Positions 1 to 11,000 are shown, numbered from the stretch's first letter. The stretch is 64,000 nt of DNA from an uncultured Actinomycetota bacterium (GCA_963718235.1 CAVQYR010000001.1:1312001-1376000); one strand, 5' to 3'. Notes: generated by a model from the sequence alone, not told the origin. A program made the numbers and translations.

Positions 1-1084
1 CCCGTCCCATGCCCTGCGCGTCGGATGACGTGATCGGAATCACGCCGAGGTCGTGCAGGACGTCCTCGGCCGCCATCGTGGTGCCGCGGATGCGGTCCTG
101 CGCCAGCTTGAGGTCGGTCGGCAGGTCACGCTTGAGACCGTGGCTGGCGACGATCATGTCGAGGTGCTCGGCGACGGCGTCACGTCCGTAGGGCAGCGTC
201 GGGTTGGTCGACGAGCCGATCACGTTGCTGACCCCGGCGAGGGTCAAGACATCGGGTACGTGTCCTCCGCCGCAGCCCTCAACGTGGAACGCGTGGATCG
301 TGCGGCCGTCGATCGCCGCCAGCGTGTCGGCCACCGAGAGGCTCTCGTTCAGCCCGTCGGTGTGCAACGCCACCTGTACGTCGAAGTCCTCGGCGACCCG
401 AAGTGCGGTGTCCAGGGCACGCAGGTGGGCACCCGTGTCCTCGTGCACCTTGAACCCACAGGCCCCTCCTTCGACCAGTGCCTCCACCAGTGGCGCCTGA
501 GTGGACGACGACCCACGGCCGAGGAAGCCGATGTTGACCGGCCAGGCGTCGAAGGCGTCGAAGGCGGTGGCGATCCCCCAGGGGGAGTTCACGCCCACGC
601 CCCACACCGGTCCGAACTCCTGCCCCAGGATGGTGGTCACTCCTGAGGAAAGGGCGGCCTCCATGATCCGCGGTGACATCAGGTGCACGTGGGTGTCGAT
701 CGCACCGGCCGTGGCGATCAGCCCCTCGCCGCTCACGACGGCCGTTCCGGTACCGACCACGACGTCGACGTCGTCCAAGGTGTCGGGGTTGCCGGCCCGA
801 CCGATCGACACGATCCGGCCCTCGCGGATGCCGATCGACACCTTGCCGATCCCGATCACGGCGTCGATCAGGACGACGTTGCTGATGACGAGGTCACAGG
901 TATCACGCACAGTTGCGGCCTTGAGGTGCATGCCGTCGCGTGCGGTCTTCCCGAAGCCCATCAAGAACTCGTCACCGGGCCGCTGTGAGTCATGCTCCAA
1001 CTCGATGACCAGCCCTGTGTCGGCGAGGTGCACGCGGTCACCCACGGTGGGTCCGTGCACGCCAGCCAGCTCCGCGCGGCTCAT
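1..1084 (-). CDS. ureC: Urease alpha subunit-like protein (divergent; partial, runs off the window start)
   Basis: Manual translation from ATG at 1084, which overlaps the ureAB stop: MSRAELAGVHGPTVGDRVHLAD. Ni-ligand motifs DTHVH, GFKVHED, ALHTD, AFHVEG and SSDAQGMGR are present. Confidence 0.9.
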   Translation of the reverse strand, partial: MSRAELAGVHGPTVGDRVHLADTGLVIELEHDSQRPGDEFLMGFGKTARDGMHLKAATVRDTCDLVISNVVLIDAVIGIGKVSIGIREGRIVSIGRAGNPDTLDDVDVVVGTGTAVVSGEGLIATAGAIDTHVHLMSPRIMEAALSSGVTTILGQEFGPVWGVGVNSPWGIATAFDAFDAWPVNIGFLGRGSSSTQAPLVEALVEGGACGFKVHEDTGAHLRALDTALRVAEDFDVQVALHTDGLNESLSVADTLAAIDGRTIHAFHVEGCGGGHVPDVLTLAGVSNVIGSSTNPTLPYGRDAVAEHLDMIVASHGLKRDLPTDLKLAQDRIRGTTMAAEDVLHDLGVIPITSSDAQGMGR

Positions 1085-1776
1085 GAGGTGGCCTCCGCCC
1101 CGAGGTAACCACAGGCCCGGGCCTTCTCCAGGGCGCGCTCCTGCGCGCCTGGGGCGTCGAGGGGACCGTCGACCAGGCCCGCGAAGCCGACGATGACGCG
1201 GGCGCCGCCGACTGGGGTGAGCTCGACCCGCGACGTGGACCCCGGCTCGAAGTGCAGGGCCGCCCCGGCGGCGATGGCCAGTCTCTTGCCGTAGGCGGCC
1301 GCACGGTCGAAATGGAGCCGGGGGTTGACCTCGAAGAAGTGGAAGTGGGAGGTGACGCTGATCGGCACCTCTGCGGTGTTCGTGACGACCACGGCGGTGA
1401 GTGGTCCGAACTCCGGCAGGACCGGCCAGTCGTCGTGAACCATGGCCCCTGGCGCGACCTCCCCCAGTGACTCACCTCCGATCGGGTCGGGGACGACGAC
1501 GAGTCGGGAGCCGTCGTCGAACACGGCTTCGACCCAGACCTCGGTGACGATGTCGCTGACACCGGGAAGGACGTCGCCAGGTCCGAGCACCGCGCGCCCC
1601 GCCTGCAGTGCGTCGGCCAGCCTCCGCCCGTCGCGTGCTGCCTCGCACACGGTGTCGGCGACGAGTGCTGTCGCTTCGGGCACGTTGAGCCGCAAGCCGC
1701 GGGCACGGCGTCGTCGGGCCAGCTCGGCAGCGGTGAAGATCAGCAAGCGATCGCGTTCGGAAGGGGTGAGCCGCAT
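1081..1776 (-). CDS. ureAB: Fused urease gamma/beta subunit
   Basis: MRLTPSERDRLLIF...GLRLNVPEA (gamma) followed by PISVTSHFHFFEVN...FEPG (beta). Confidence 0.92.
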   Translation of the reverse strand: MRLTPSERDRLLIFTAAELARRRRARGLRLNVPEATALVADTVCEAARDGRRLADALQAGRAVLGPGDVLPGVSDIVTEVWVEAVFDDGSRLVVVPDPIGGESLGEVAPGAMVHDDWPVLPEFGPLTAVVVTNTAEVPISVTSHFHFFEVNPRLHFDRAAAYGKRLAIAAGAALHFEPGSTSRVELTPVGGARVIVGFAGLVDGPLDAPGAQERALEKARACGYLGAEATS

Positions 1777-1827
1777 GCCCCCGATCATGCCGTGCCAGGG
1801 GGTGAGGGACCTAGGCTAAGGCGCACC

Positions 1828-1901
1828 GGGGCGGTAGCTCAGTTGGTCAGAGCAGCGGACTCATAATCCGTCAGGCGTGGGTTCAAGTCCCACCCGCCCC
1901 A
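1828..1901 (+). tRNA. tRNA with CAT anticodon, most likely tRNA-Ile2 (lysidine type; often auto-annotated as tRNA-Met)
   Basis: Cloverleaf: GGGGCGG/CCGCCCC acceptor stem, GCTC/GAGC D-stem, GCGGA-CTCATAA-TCCGT anticodon arm (CAT at 1862-1864), GTGGG-TTCAAGT-CCCAC T-arm. TAGGCT -10-like hexamer at 1812. Confidence 0.93.
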
Positions 1902-2033
1902 CCCTTCATGGCCTGTGACCGCATGCACCAACACGACGATCGAGGCCGTCTCTTGCCAACTAGACTGATCCGACTGGCCGGCACCAGCGCCAGTGGGGTC
2001 GCTCACCGATGTCCAGGCTGACAAGGACGCGCA

Positions 2034-3686
2034 ATGGACGAAGCCGACGATCTGCCCCAGGCTGTGACCGTTGACGTTGCAGTGGTGGGAGCTGGCTTCT
2101 CCGGCCTGTACCTGCTCCACCGGCTGCGTCAGTCGGGCCTTTCCGTACGGGTCTTCGAGAAGGGCGACAGTGTTGGCGGTACATGGCACTGGAACCGCTA
2201 TCCCGGGGCCCGGTGCGACATCGAGAGCTTCGACTACTGCTTCTCGTTCTCCTCAGAGCTGCTGACTGACTGGCGGTGGAGCGAGCGCTACGCCGCCCAA
2301 CCGGAGATTCTCCAGTACCTCAACCATGTAGCCGACCGGTTCGACCTGCGCCGCGACATAGCGTTGGAGACGAACGTCGTCTCCGCGCACTTCGACGAAG
2401 GCCGGGCCTCGTGGACTCTCGAGACCAGCGGTGGCGGCCTGGTGCAAGCGCGATACTGCATCCTCGCGGCCGGCAATCTCTCGGCTGTCCAGCCACCCAA
2501 CTTCCCGGGGCTCGACACGTTCGCGGGGGACTGGTATCACACCGGCCAGTGGCCGCCCGAACCCGTCGAACTCGCCGACAAGCGAGTGGCTGTGATCGGA
2601 ACGGGATCGTCGGGAATCCAGACGATCACCGCAATCGCCCCAGTGGTCGCCCGCCTGTACGTCCTTCAACGCACGCCGAACTACAGCATGCCTGCGCACA
2701 ACCGCGCCATCGGCGAGGCGGAACGGGCAGCCGTGCTGGCTGACTGGGAACGACGACGACGGATCTGCGAGGAGTCGGACGCCGGCACGCCCCTGCCCGC
2801 GCCAACACGCAGGGCGGTCGACGTCAGCGCCGCCGAACGCGAGGCCGCCTACGAGGAGGGTTGGCGGCGTGGTGGCATCAGTGCCCTGTCAGGGGCGTTC
2901 ACCGACATGTTCACCAGCGAAGAGTCCAACTTCTTCGCTCAGGAGTTCGCTCGCCGCAAGATCCGCGAGACCGTGCATGACCACGACACCGCTGAGGTGC
3001 TGAGTCCTCGGCACCATATTGGTACCAAACGAACCTGCGTCGACACCGGCTACTTCGAGACGTTCAACCGTGACAACGTCGAGCTCGTCGACGTGAGGCA
3101 GTCACCCATCCAGGGGATCAACCGCGACGGGATTCAGACAGCCGACGCGCAAATCGACGTCGACGCCATCATCTTCGCGATCGGCTTCGACGCGATCACC
3201 GGCGCCGTCGATCAGATCGAGGTGAGGGGGAGACGGGGACAGCTCCTGAAGGATCACTGGGCGCGGGGGCCACGCACCCTCCTGGGGTTGCAGACCGCAG
3301 GCTTCCCGAACCTCTTCTTCGTCACCGGGCCGGGGAGCCCCTCCGTGCTCAGCAACATGGTCGTCTCCATCGAGCAGCACGTTGGCTGGATCGCCGAGTG
3401 CCTCGAGCGCATGCAGGAGTCCGGACACGACACCATCGAGTGCACGGCGGAGGCCGAGGACGACTGGATGAACCGGGTCGACGACCTGGCGAGTGCCACG
3501 CTCTACCCAGAGGCCGACTCCTGGTACCTGGGAGCGAATACTCCGGGAAAGCCCCGGGCGTTCACCGTGTACGTCGCCGGGTGCGGCCCCTACCGGAGAG
3601 AGTGCGACCAGGTCGTCGCAGCCGGATACCGTGGCTTCGCGATGACCAGATCGACCGAGGCGTCAGGAACGGAGAGCACGGTATGA
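2034..3686 (+). CDS. Baeyer-Villiger monooxygenase (cyclohexanone/phenylacetone monooxygenase family)
   Basis: GAGFSG and GTGSSG Rossmann motifs, GGTWHWNRYPGARCD, and the BVMO fingerprint FAGDWYHTGQW. Confidence 0.93.
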   Translation: MDEADDLPQAVTVDVAVVGAGFSGLYLLHRLRQSGLSVRVFEKGDSVGGTWHWNRYPGARCDIESFDYCFSFSSELLTDWRWSERYAAQPEILQYLNHVADRFDLRRDIALETNVVSAHFDEGRASWTLETSGGGLVQARYCILAAGNLSAVQPPNFPGLDTFAGDWYHTGQWPPEPVELADKRVAVIGTGSSGIQTITAIAPVVARLYVLQRTPNYSMPAHNRAIGEAERAAVLADWERRRRICEESDAGTPLPAPTRRAVDVSAAEREAAYEEGWRRGGISALSGAFTDMFTSEESNFFAQEFARRKIRETVHDHDTAEVLSPRHHIGTKRTCVDTGYFETFNRDNVELVDVRQSPIQGINRDGIQTADAQIDVDAIIFAIGFDAITGAVDQIEVRGRRGQLLKDHWARGPRTLLGLQTAGFPNLFFVTGPGSPSVLSNMVVSIEQHVGWIAECLERMQESGHDTIECTAEAEDDWMNRVDDLASATLYPEADSWYLGANTPGKPRAFTVYVAGCGPYRRECDQVVAAGYRGFAMTRSTEASGTESTV

Positions 3687-5086
3687 GCAACACCGGGAAT
3701 CGCGCCCCCGCCGCCACCGATGTGCTGCGGCAACTGCAGGATGCGGGCGTTCGGACGGTGGTGGTAGGGGGTAGCGACACTCATGGCGTGATGCGTGGCA
3801 AGCGCGTGCCGATCGGGCAGCTGCCTCACCTCCTCGAGCACGGAATGGCGCTGTGCGACGTCTTCTGGGTGCTGCACATCGATGACTCAGATCGAGTCCT
3901 GCGTCCGGCGGACCACCGCGGCTACTTCCCCAACGAGGCACAGGGCTACCCGGACATCGTTGCAGCGGCAGACCTGGCGACTGCCCGGGTGGTGCCCTGG
4001 CACCCCGACACTGGGCTGCTGATCTGCGACTGGCTCCTGCCGCACGACGGCGGTCCGGTGCCGATCGCACCGCGATCGATCCTGCGCCACGTCGTCGAGC
4101 AGGCCTCCGACATGGGATATGCCGCCCTGAGTGCCCTGGAGCTCGAGTTCTACATCCTCGACGAGCCAACCGGCACTGAGCACCGCAAGCGTGCTGCCGA
4201 GCTGGTCCCCCTGCAGGAGCGGCCAAGCACGTATGGGGTGGTTTCCGGATCGAACCAGGAGCACATCGGTTCCGTGATCCGTGACCACATGATGGACTTC
4301 GGGCTTCCGATCGAAGCCTGCAACGCGGAGACCGGGCCAGGCCAGTTCGAGATCAACCTCCGCTACGGGCCGGCCGTGTCGGCTGCCGATGATGCCTTCT
4401 TGTTCAAGTCAGGCGTCAAGGAGGTGGCTGCGCAGAGCAACTGGCTGGCGACCTTCATGGCCAAGCCCCACTCCGACTGGGCTGGCAACAGCTGTCACAT
4501 CCACATGAGCCTGCGCGACCAGGAAGACCATGGAGTCCTCTTCGATGCCGATGCTCACCTCGGCGTCTCAAGAGTGATGCGCCACTTCATCGGCGGGGTC
4601 CTGAGCACGATGCGGGAGTTCACCGCGATCATGGCTCCGACCCCCAACTCCTACCGCCGCTACTCCCCGCACTCGTGGGCCGGGTCCACGGCAACCTGGG
4701 GCATCGACAACCGCAGCGCGGGCCTGCGCGCGATCATCGAGGGCGCAGAGGGCACGCGTCTCGAGCACCGTCAGGCAGGCGGCGACGTGAACCCCTACCT
4801 CGCTACGGCGGCCATGCTGGCTGGCGGCCTGCACGGGATCGAGAACGGCATCGAGCCACCTGAGCCGGCCGCTTTCGACGTGTACGTGCAGTCGGCAGAA
4901 GGGGCGCCAGCACTTCCGCGCTCGCTTCCGGAGGCGCTCGATGCGCTGGGAGGTAGTGGAGTAGCCCGTCAGTGGTTCGGGGACGACTTCGTGGATCACT
5001 TCGTCGTGATGAAACAGGCCGAGATCGACGCACAAGCCTGGTTCGTCACCGACTGGGAAGTGGCCCGCTACCTCGAGGCTCTCTGA
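3683..5086 (+). CDS. Glutamine synthetase-like protein (gamma-glutamyl-amine ligase, PuuA/PauA-like)
   Basis: ATGA overlap with the BVMO stop; motifs GVMRGKR, ELEFY, ETGPGQFE, TFMAKP, GNSCHIH, WGIDNR, RLEHR..GGDVNPY. Confidence 0.88.
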   Translation: MSNTGNRAPAATDVLRQLQDAGVRTVVVGGSDTHGVMRGKRVPIGQLPHLLEHGMALCDVFWVLHIDDSDRVLRPADHRGYFPNEAQGYPDIVAAADLATARVVPWHPDTGLLICDWLLPHDGGPVPIAPRSILRHVVEQASDMGYAALSALELEFYILDEPTGTEHRKRAAELVPLQERPSTYGVVSGSNQEHIGSVIRDHMMDFGLPIEACNAETGPGQFEINLRYGPAVSAADDAFLFKSGVKEVAAQSNWLATFMAKPHSDWAGNSCHIHMSLRDQEDHGVLFDADAHLGVSRVMRHFIGGVLSTMREFTAIMAPTPNSYRRYSPHSWAGSTATWGIDNRSAGLRAIIEGAEGTRLEHRQAGGDVNPYLATAAMLAGGLHGIENGIEPPEPAAFDVYVQSAEGAPALPRSLPEALDALGGSGVARQWFGDDFVDHFVVMKQAEIDAQAWFVTDWEVARYLEAL

Positions 5087-5117
5087 CACCAAGACCACAC
5101 CCTGACCGGGAGGCGGC

Positions 5118-6038
5118 ATGGCACTTGACCCCGTGGCCGCGCGACTTCTCACCGAGGCGGCCCGTTCCGGTGAACCCAACGCGCACCTACTGCCCATCGA
5201 TGCGGCTCGCAAGAAGATCTCGAGCTTCTACGCGGCCTTCACGGGGCCGGACCTGGCCCGTGTCGAGAACTTCATGATTCCAGTCGGGGGAACCTCGATT
5301 CGTGGGCGGGCATACCTGCCCTCATCGGAGACCGGGTCACCGATCATGGTCTACTTCCACGGCGGAGGGTGGCTGCTCGGCGACATCGATGACTATGACG
5401 TCGTGGCTCGCAAGCTTGCTGCCGCCACCGGATGCGTCGTGGTGTCCGTCGACTATCGTCGCGGACCCGAGCACCGGTTCCCGGCTGCGGTCAACGATGC
5501 ATTCTGGTCCGTGCGATGGGCCGCGTCACACGCTGGCGCTCTTGGTGCCGACGGGTCAAGGATCGTGCTGGCTGGTGACAGCGCCGGTGGCAATGTCGCC
5601 GCGGTGACCGCGGCGAGATGTCGTGACGAGCACGGACCGACGATCCGTCACCAGCTGCTGGTGTACCCGGTCACCACGTGTGACCTCGACCTCGGCTTCG
5701 ACACGCAGTACGACGGTGTCGTGCTCGAGCGGGACGAGCTGCTGTGGCACCAGCACAACTACCTCAGCACACCGGACCAGAGGCTCAACCCACTTGTGTC
5801 TCCACTCCTTGCGAACCTCGCCGGTCTGCCATCTGCCACAGTCGTGCTCGCTGAGTGCGACCCGATCGCTGTGCAGGGACGACGCTATGCGGCCGCCCTT
5901 GCCGCGGCCGGAGTCCACGTGACGGTACGCGAGTATCCGGGCATGATCCATGGCTTCTTCGGCCTGGACGAGGTCTTCGACCAGGCTGCCGAGGCGATGG
6001 CCTTCGTCGCCGAATCCCTCGGCGGAACCGGATACTGA
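5118..6038 (+). CDS. HSL-family alpha/beta hydrolase (esterase/lactonase)
   Basis: HGGG oxyanion motif, GDSAGG nucleophile elbow, ECDP acid residue, HGF catalytic His. Confidence 0.92.
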   Translation: MALDPVAARLLTEAARSGEPNAHLLPIDAARKKISSFYAAFTGPDLARVENFMIPVGGTSIRGRAYLPSSETGSPIMVYFHGGGWLLGDIDDYDVVARKLAAATGCVVVSVDYRRGPEHRFPAAVNDAFWSVRWAASHAGALGADGSRIVLAGDSAGGNVAAVTAARCRDEHGPTIRHQLLVYPVTTCDLDLGFDTQYDGVVLERDELLWHQHNYLSTPDQRLNPLVSPLLANLAGLPSATVVLAECDPIAVQGRRYAAALAAAGVHVTVREYPGMIHGFFGLDEVFDQAAEAMAFVAESLGGTGY

Positions 6039-6081
6039 TGAGCCAGCTTCCTGCCTGCCGACTCAGAACCCGGCTGTATCC

Positions 6082-6753
6082 ATGAGTGTCGCCCGGCGGC
6101 CTCCGCACCCGTTCGTGGATCAGGACCGGGCGACGCCTGTCGTTGTCCTCTGGTGTGCCGGGGCCGACCGGGGGCTCGCTCGTCGCTTGATCGGGTGTGA
6201 AGGACTGGCGAGCCTGGGGGTTCCCACCGGCGTCGCACGGGTGATCAACCTCTGCAGATCGTGTGGAAGTGCCAGCCACGGGCAGCCGGTGCTCGCCCCG
6301 ATCCCCGAGACTGTCGCGCCTCACGTGAGTATCAGCTACGCCGAAGACGTAACTGTGGTCGCGCTCACCAAGGCGGGCCCAGTCGGGGTGGACGTCGAGC
6401 GCTACGACGCGGCGTCCTTCCCCGGCTTCGAGGCAGTTGCCGCCCACGAGAAGGAGGGGATGCACGACACGCGCGCCAGAACCATCACCTGGACCCGCAA
6501 GGAGTCTCTGCTCAAAGCCACCGGGCGCGGCCTCACCGTCGACCCGCGGCTGGTGCTCCTCACCGAACCACAGAGGCCCCCGGGCCTCGTCGAGTGGACC
6601 GCGCCTGACCCACCTCATGGATCGGTGTGGATGATGGACGTCGAGATCACGAGCGCGCACGTGGCGGCTGTGACGGTGCTGTCCGAAGACCGACCCGATC
6701 TTGTTGTCAGGAGGGCAGAGCCGGCAGCTCGACCTCCGCAAGCCAGCGGGTGA
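6082..6753 (+). CDS. Sfp-type 4'-phosphopantetheinyl transferase
   Basis: CxxC-GSASHGQP, VGVDVE and WTRKESLLKATGRG motifs; next to an NRPS. Start is approximate. Confidence 0.82.
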   Translation: MSVARRPPHPFVDQDRATPVVVLWCAGADRGLARRLIGCEGLASLGVPTGVARVINLCRSCGSASHGQPVLAPIPETVAPHVSISYAEDVTVVALTKAGPVGVDVERYDAASFPGFEAVAAHEKEGMHDTRARTITWTRKESLLKATGRGLTVDPRLVLLTEPQRPPGLVEWTAPDPPHGSVWMMDVEITSAHVAAVTVLSEDRPDLVVRRAEPAARPPQASG

Positions 6754-8020
6754 ACAGCTCCCCGAGATCACAGCCGGACACCTGCTCGGAGAGGTCGATG
6801 AACATTCCGGTCGTGACTGACCCGTAGGCGTTGCGCGCGACCCACTCGCGAAGGAGAGCGAAGAACGTGTCGTCGCCGACGGTCAGTCGCAGCGCGTGGA
6901 GCAGCAGAGCTCCCCGCTTGTAGACCCGGTCGTCGAACATGCACTCGGGCCCCGGATCGCCGAGCTTGAGGTCCTGCTTCTTGGCGGCAAGCTTCTTCCA
7001 GTGGTCGACGGCGCGGTCGTGCGTCGAACGGTTGCCGGACTCCTCCGACCAGAGCCACTCGCAGTAGCAGGCAAAGCCCTCGTGCAACCAGATGTCACGC
7101 CAGGTCTCGAGCGTCAGGCTGTTGCCGAACCACTGATGGGCGAGCTCATGGGCCACCAACCTCACGGACTCCCAGTCGTCGTCGAGGAAGTTGGACCCGA
7201 AGACAGAGAGCCCTTGAGCCTCGAGGGGAATGTCGAGCTCGTCGTCGGTGATGACCACGGTGTACCCGCGAAAGGGGTACGGGCCGAAACGGCGGACGAA
7301 GAAGTCGATCATCTCCGGCTGCCGGCCGAACGCACGGTCGTAGCGGTTGAGGAGGCGCTCGGGCAGGACGGCGGTGGTCGGGACCGGCGAGGTGGGCACA
7401 TCCCGCGACACATAGCGTCCGACGTGGACCGTGGCGAGGTAGGTGGCCATCGGCTCGGTCTGCTCATAGACCCAGGTGGTCGTGCTAGCCCCTCGGTGGC
7501 GACTGGCGAGAGTCCCGTTGGCCACGACGTGGTAGGCCGAGGGCGTGGTGACGGCGATCCGGTAGCTTGCCTTGTTGGTCGGCCGGTCGTTGCAGGGGAA
7601 CCAGGACGGCGCCCCATGGGTCTGGCCGGCCACGATGACCCCGTCGGTGAGCTCCTCCCAGCCCATCACGTCGCCGCCGTCGGGAATCGGCCTCGGCCGG
7701 CCGCCGTACCTGACCATCACGCGAAACAGCTCTCCCTGCTCGATCACCTCCTTGGTGCGGATGACGAGCTTGCCGCGCTTCACCGAGAATCTCGCAAGGG
7801 GTACCGCGTCGAGGCTGACCTTCGAGACCTTGAGCCCACGCAGGTCGAGTGACAGCTCGTCGAGGTCGGTGAGTGCCACGGCTTCGAGCACCGCTCGCCC
7901 ACTCAGATGGTTCGACTCCAGCTTGTAGTCGATGGTCAGGTCATAGCTGCGCACGTCGTACGAGCGGTCCCCGCTCTGCGGGAAGTAGTCGTCGGCGACG
8001 TCGGATGTGCCGGCGCTCAT
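6707..8020 (-). CDS. M1-family zinc metallopeptidase (PldII-like)
   Basis: HELAHQWFG...WLHEG gluzincin motif and VYKRGA; translationally coupled to the NRPS. Confidence 0.9.
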   Translation of the reverse strand: MSAGTSDVADDYFPQSGDRSYDVRSYDLTIDYKLESNHLSGRAVLEAVALTDLDELSLDLRGLKVSKVSLDAVPLARFSVKRGKLVIRTKEVIEQGELFRVMVRYGGRPRPIPDGGDVMGWEELTDGVIVAGQTHGAPSWFPCNDRPTNKASYRIAVTTPSAYHVVANGTLASRHRGASTTTWVYEQTEPMATYLATVHVGRYVSRDVPTSPVPTTAVLPERLLNRYDRAFGRQPEMIDFFVRRFGPYPFRGYTVVITDDELDIPLEAQGLSVFGSNFLDDDWESVRLVAHELAHQWFGNSLTLETWRDIWLHEGFACYCEWLWSEESGNRSTHDRAVDHWKKLAAKKQDLKLGDPGPECMFDDRVYKRGALLLHALRLTVGDDTFFALLREWVARNAYGSVTTGMFIDLSEQVSGCDLGELFTRWLAEVELPALPS

Positions 8021-11000
8021 CGCGACCCACCCAAGGAGTCGTCATCGACCCAGGGGCCGATCGGATTGCCGATCCAGCGGGTCTTGTCGGGTACGAACTC
8101 GCCCCTCATCACCAAGGACACCGGTCCGACGGTAGCGTGCCGACCCAACACGGCTGCTGGAAGGATCACGCTGTTCGGGCCCAGAGTCGAACCCACGCGA
8201 AGGGTGACCCTGTCCATGCTGAGCATGCGGTCATGGAACAGGTGCGTCTGCACCACGCAGCCCTGGTTGATCGTTGCGCCGTCGCGCAGATCGATCAAGT
8301 CCGCCTCCGGCAGCCAGTAGGTCTCGCACCAGACTCCCTTGCCGATCTTCGCCCCCATCGAACGCAGCCACGTGTTGAGCACGGGAGTCCCGATGGCCGC
8401 CCGGGCGAACCATGGCGCGGCAATGACCTCCACGAAGGTGTCCGCAAGCTCATTCAGCCATACGAACGAGCTCCAAAGCGGATGGTCGGACACCCGGAGA
8501 CGCCCAACGAGCAGCCACTTCGCAGCGGTGGTCACCGCAGCGGCAACGGCGCCCGCGACAATGAGCACGACGCCGGACAGAGCTGCCGCGAGGAGCCATC
8601 CCGCATTAGCGGTGAGCAGCTCGAGCGTGACGACGACGCCAAGGCCAATCGCCGCGTAGAGAATCACGGGGACTACCCGCAAGAGCTCGACGCCTGCCCG
8701 CGCCAACCGGAGTCGGGTGGCTGGGTTGTAGGTGCGGCTGTCGTCAATGGTTGCTGACGGTCGTCGCAGCTTCGTGGGTGGACTGCCGATCCACGATGTG
8801 CCGCTCTTGGCCTGTTTCCGTCGTGGTGCGGCTGAGAGAACAGCGACCAAGCCCCTCTTCGGGACCTTCCGGCCCGGGGCCGTCATTCCCGAGTTCCCGA
8901 CGAATGCGTGCTTGCCGACCTTCACCCGCTCGATCCTCAGCCAACCCCCGCTGAGCTCGTACCCACCGAGCAACGTGTCGTCTGCCAGGAAGGCGCCGTC
9001 ATTGACCGACGTGAGGGCAGGAATCAGCAAGACCGTGGACGCCTCGACGTTCGACCCGACCCGCGCCCCGAGCACGCGCAGCCAAGCGGGGGTGAGAGTG
9101 CTGGAGTACAGAGGGAACAACCAGGTACGTGCCTCGTCGAGTACCCGCAGAATCGACCAGGCCTGCCATGCACGACGGCTCTGCACAGGGTGCGGTCCGC
9201 TCTCCAGGCCAAGCGAGAGGAGCCGCACCGACAGCCAGACGAGCAGCGTCAGTGCCAGCATGCCCACCACGACTCCAAGGGGGAGGTAGACCAGTGCTGT
9301 CACGGCGGCGTCATCCAGGGCCGTTGCTGCGCGCAGTGCGGGCACTGCCAAGCCCGCGCCCGCGACCACGGCGACGATGGGGAAGGTCGAGATCAGCACC
9401 GCCATGGCCGCGTAGCCCAGCACCCAGATCGGTCGATTGTGCGGAGCCGCCTCCTCCCAAGGGCCACGCGCCGCGCCGACCGGCCGAGCGGGTGCGCCAG
9501 ACCACGCCTCGTCGGCTGGGACTTCGCCGAAGACGGCGGATCCTGGCGCGATCTCCGCCCCTGCGCCGATCGAGGCGCCAGGAAGAAGCGTGCTGCGAGC
9601 ACCCACCTGAGCGCCTGCACCCACCTCCATCCTCCCCACGTGGAGGACCTCGCCGTCGAGCCAGTGCCCTCGCAGGTCGACCTCGGGCTCGACGGCACAC
9701 CCCGAGCCCAGGGTGAGCAGCCCGGTCACGGGAGGGATGGAGTGAAGGTCGACGTGGTTGCCGACCCTCGCGCCGAGCGCACGCGCGTACTGCCGCATCC
9801 ACGGCGCGCCCGCGAGGTTCGCCGCCCCCATCTCGTCAGCGACGCGCTCCGCGAGCCAGACCCGCAGATGCACGCTCCCGCCCCGGGGATACTCGCCGGG
9901 CGCTACACCGTGCAGCAGTGCTCGCACAGCAGCAGCGGTGAGCAGCATGCGGCCCGGCGGGGAGACCAGCAACAGCCACCCAGCCGCTACCCACCACCAG
10001 GACAGGTACGGAAGCCACGTGACTCCGAACAACGATGCGCCGAGGTTGTTGCCGGCGGCGATCCAGGTGAGCCACCTCAGTCCGGTGATCGTGCGGAGGC
10101 CGAAGGTGAGGGCAACCTGGCCGACCTGGGTCCTCACCGGCACTGGTCGCACGGGTCGGTTGGTCCTCGTCGTCGGGCCAGCCATCAGGTCCAGACTCGC
10201 CGAGAGCCCGCCGATCGTCGGGCTCTCGTAGACATCGGCGACGGTGACCTCCGGAAAGCGCTCACGCAGCCGCGCCACCAGCTGGGCCGCGGTCAGACTG
10301 CCGCCGCCGAGGTCGAAGAAGTCGTCGTTGGGTCCGGTGACCGCGGCGCCCAGGATCTCCATCCACAGGTCCTGGATCCATCCAGCGGTGCCTTCGAGAT
10401 GAGGTCCACCAGCTGCGGAGTCGCCGCCCGCCAGGGGCCACGGCAGCGCATCACGGTCTACCTTTCCGGACGTCTTTGTCGGTATCGCGTCGACCTGCGC
10501 GAGACGGGGCACCATTGCTGCGGGCATGGTCTCGCGCAGCCGTTCAACCGCCGCTCCGGCATCGAAGTGGCCGTCGACGGCTACGTATCCAACCAGCAGC
10601 TTGTTCCCCGAACCGGTGCTCCGCACCGCGGCCGCTGCGCCGGTGACCCCCGGGAGGTCCAGCAGGGCGCTGTCGACCTCACCCAGCTCGATGCGGCGGC
10701 CCCCGAGCTTCACCTGGTCGTCGGCCCGGCCGACGAACACCAGCCCCTCCTCCTCGTACCGGACCAGGTCACCGCTGCGGTAGGCGCGCGACCAGCCAAG
10801 TGTCGGCAGGTCGGCGTACTTCTCGGCGTCCTTCTCCGGGTCCAGGTAGCGGGCCAGCCCGATGCCACCGATGATGAGCTCGCCGGTCTCTCCGGGGTTG
10901 ACGCTCTGCCCAGCCTCATCGACGACCGCGAGGTCCCAACCGTCCAGGGGAAGTCCGATCCGTACCGGTGGCTCGCCGGTCAGCATGGCGGCGCAGGAGA

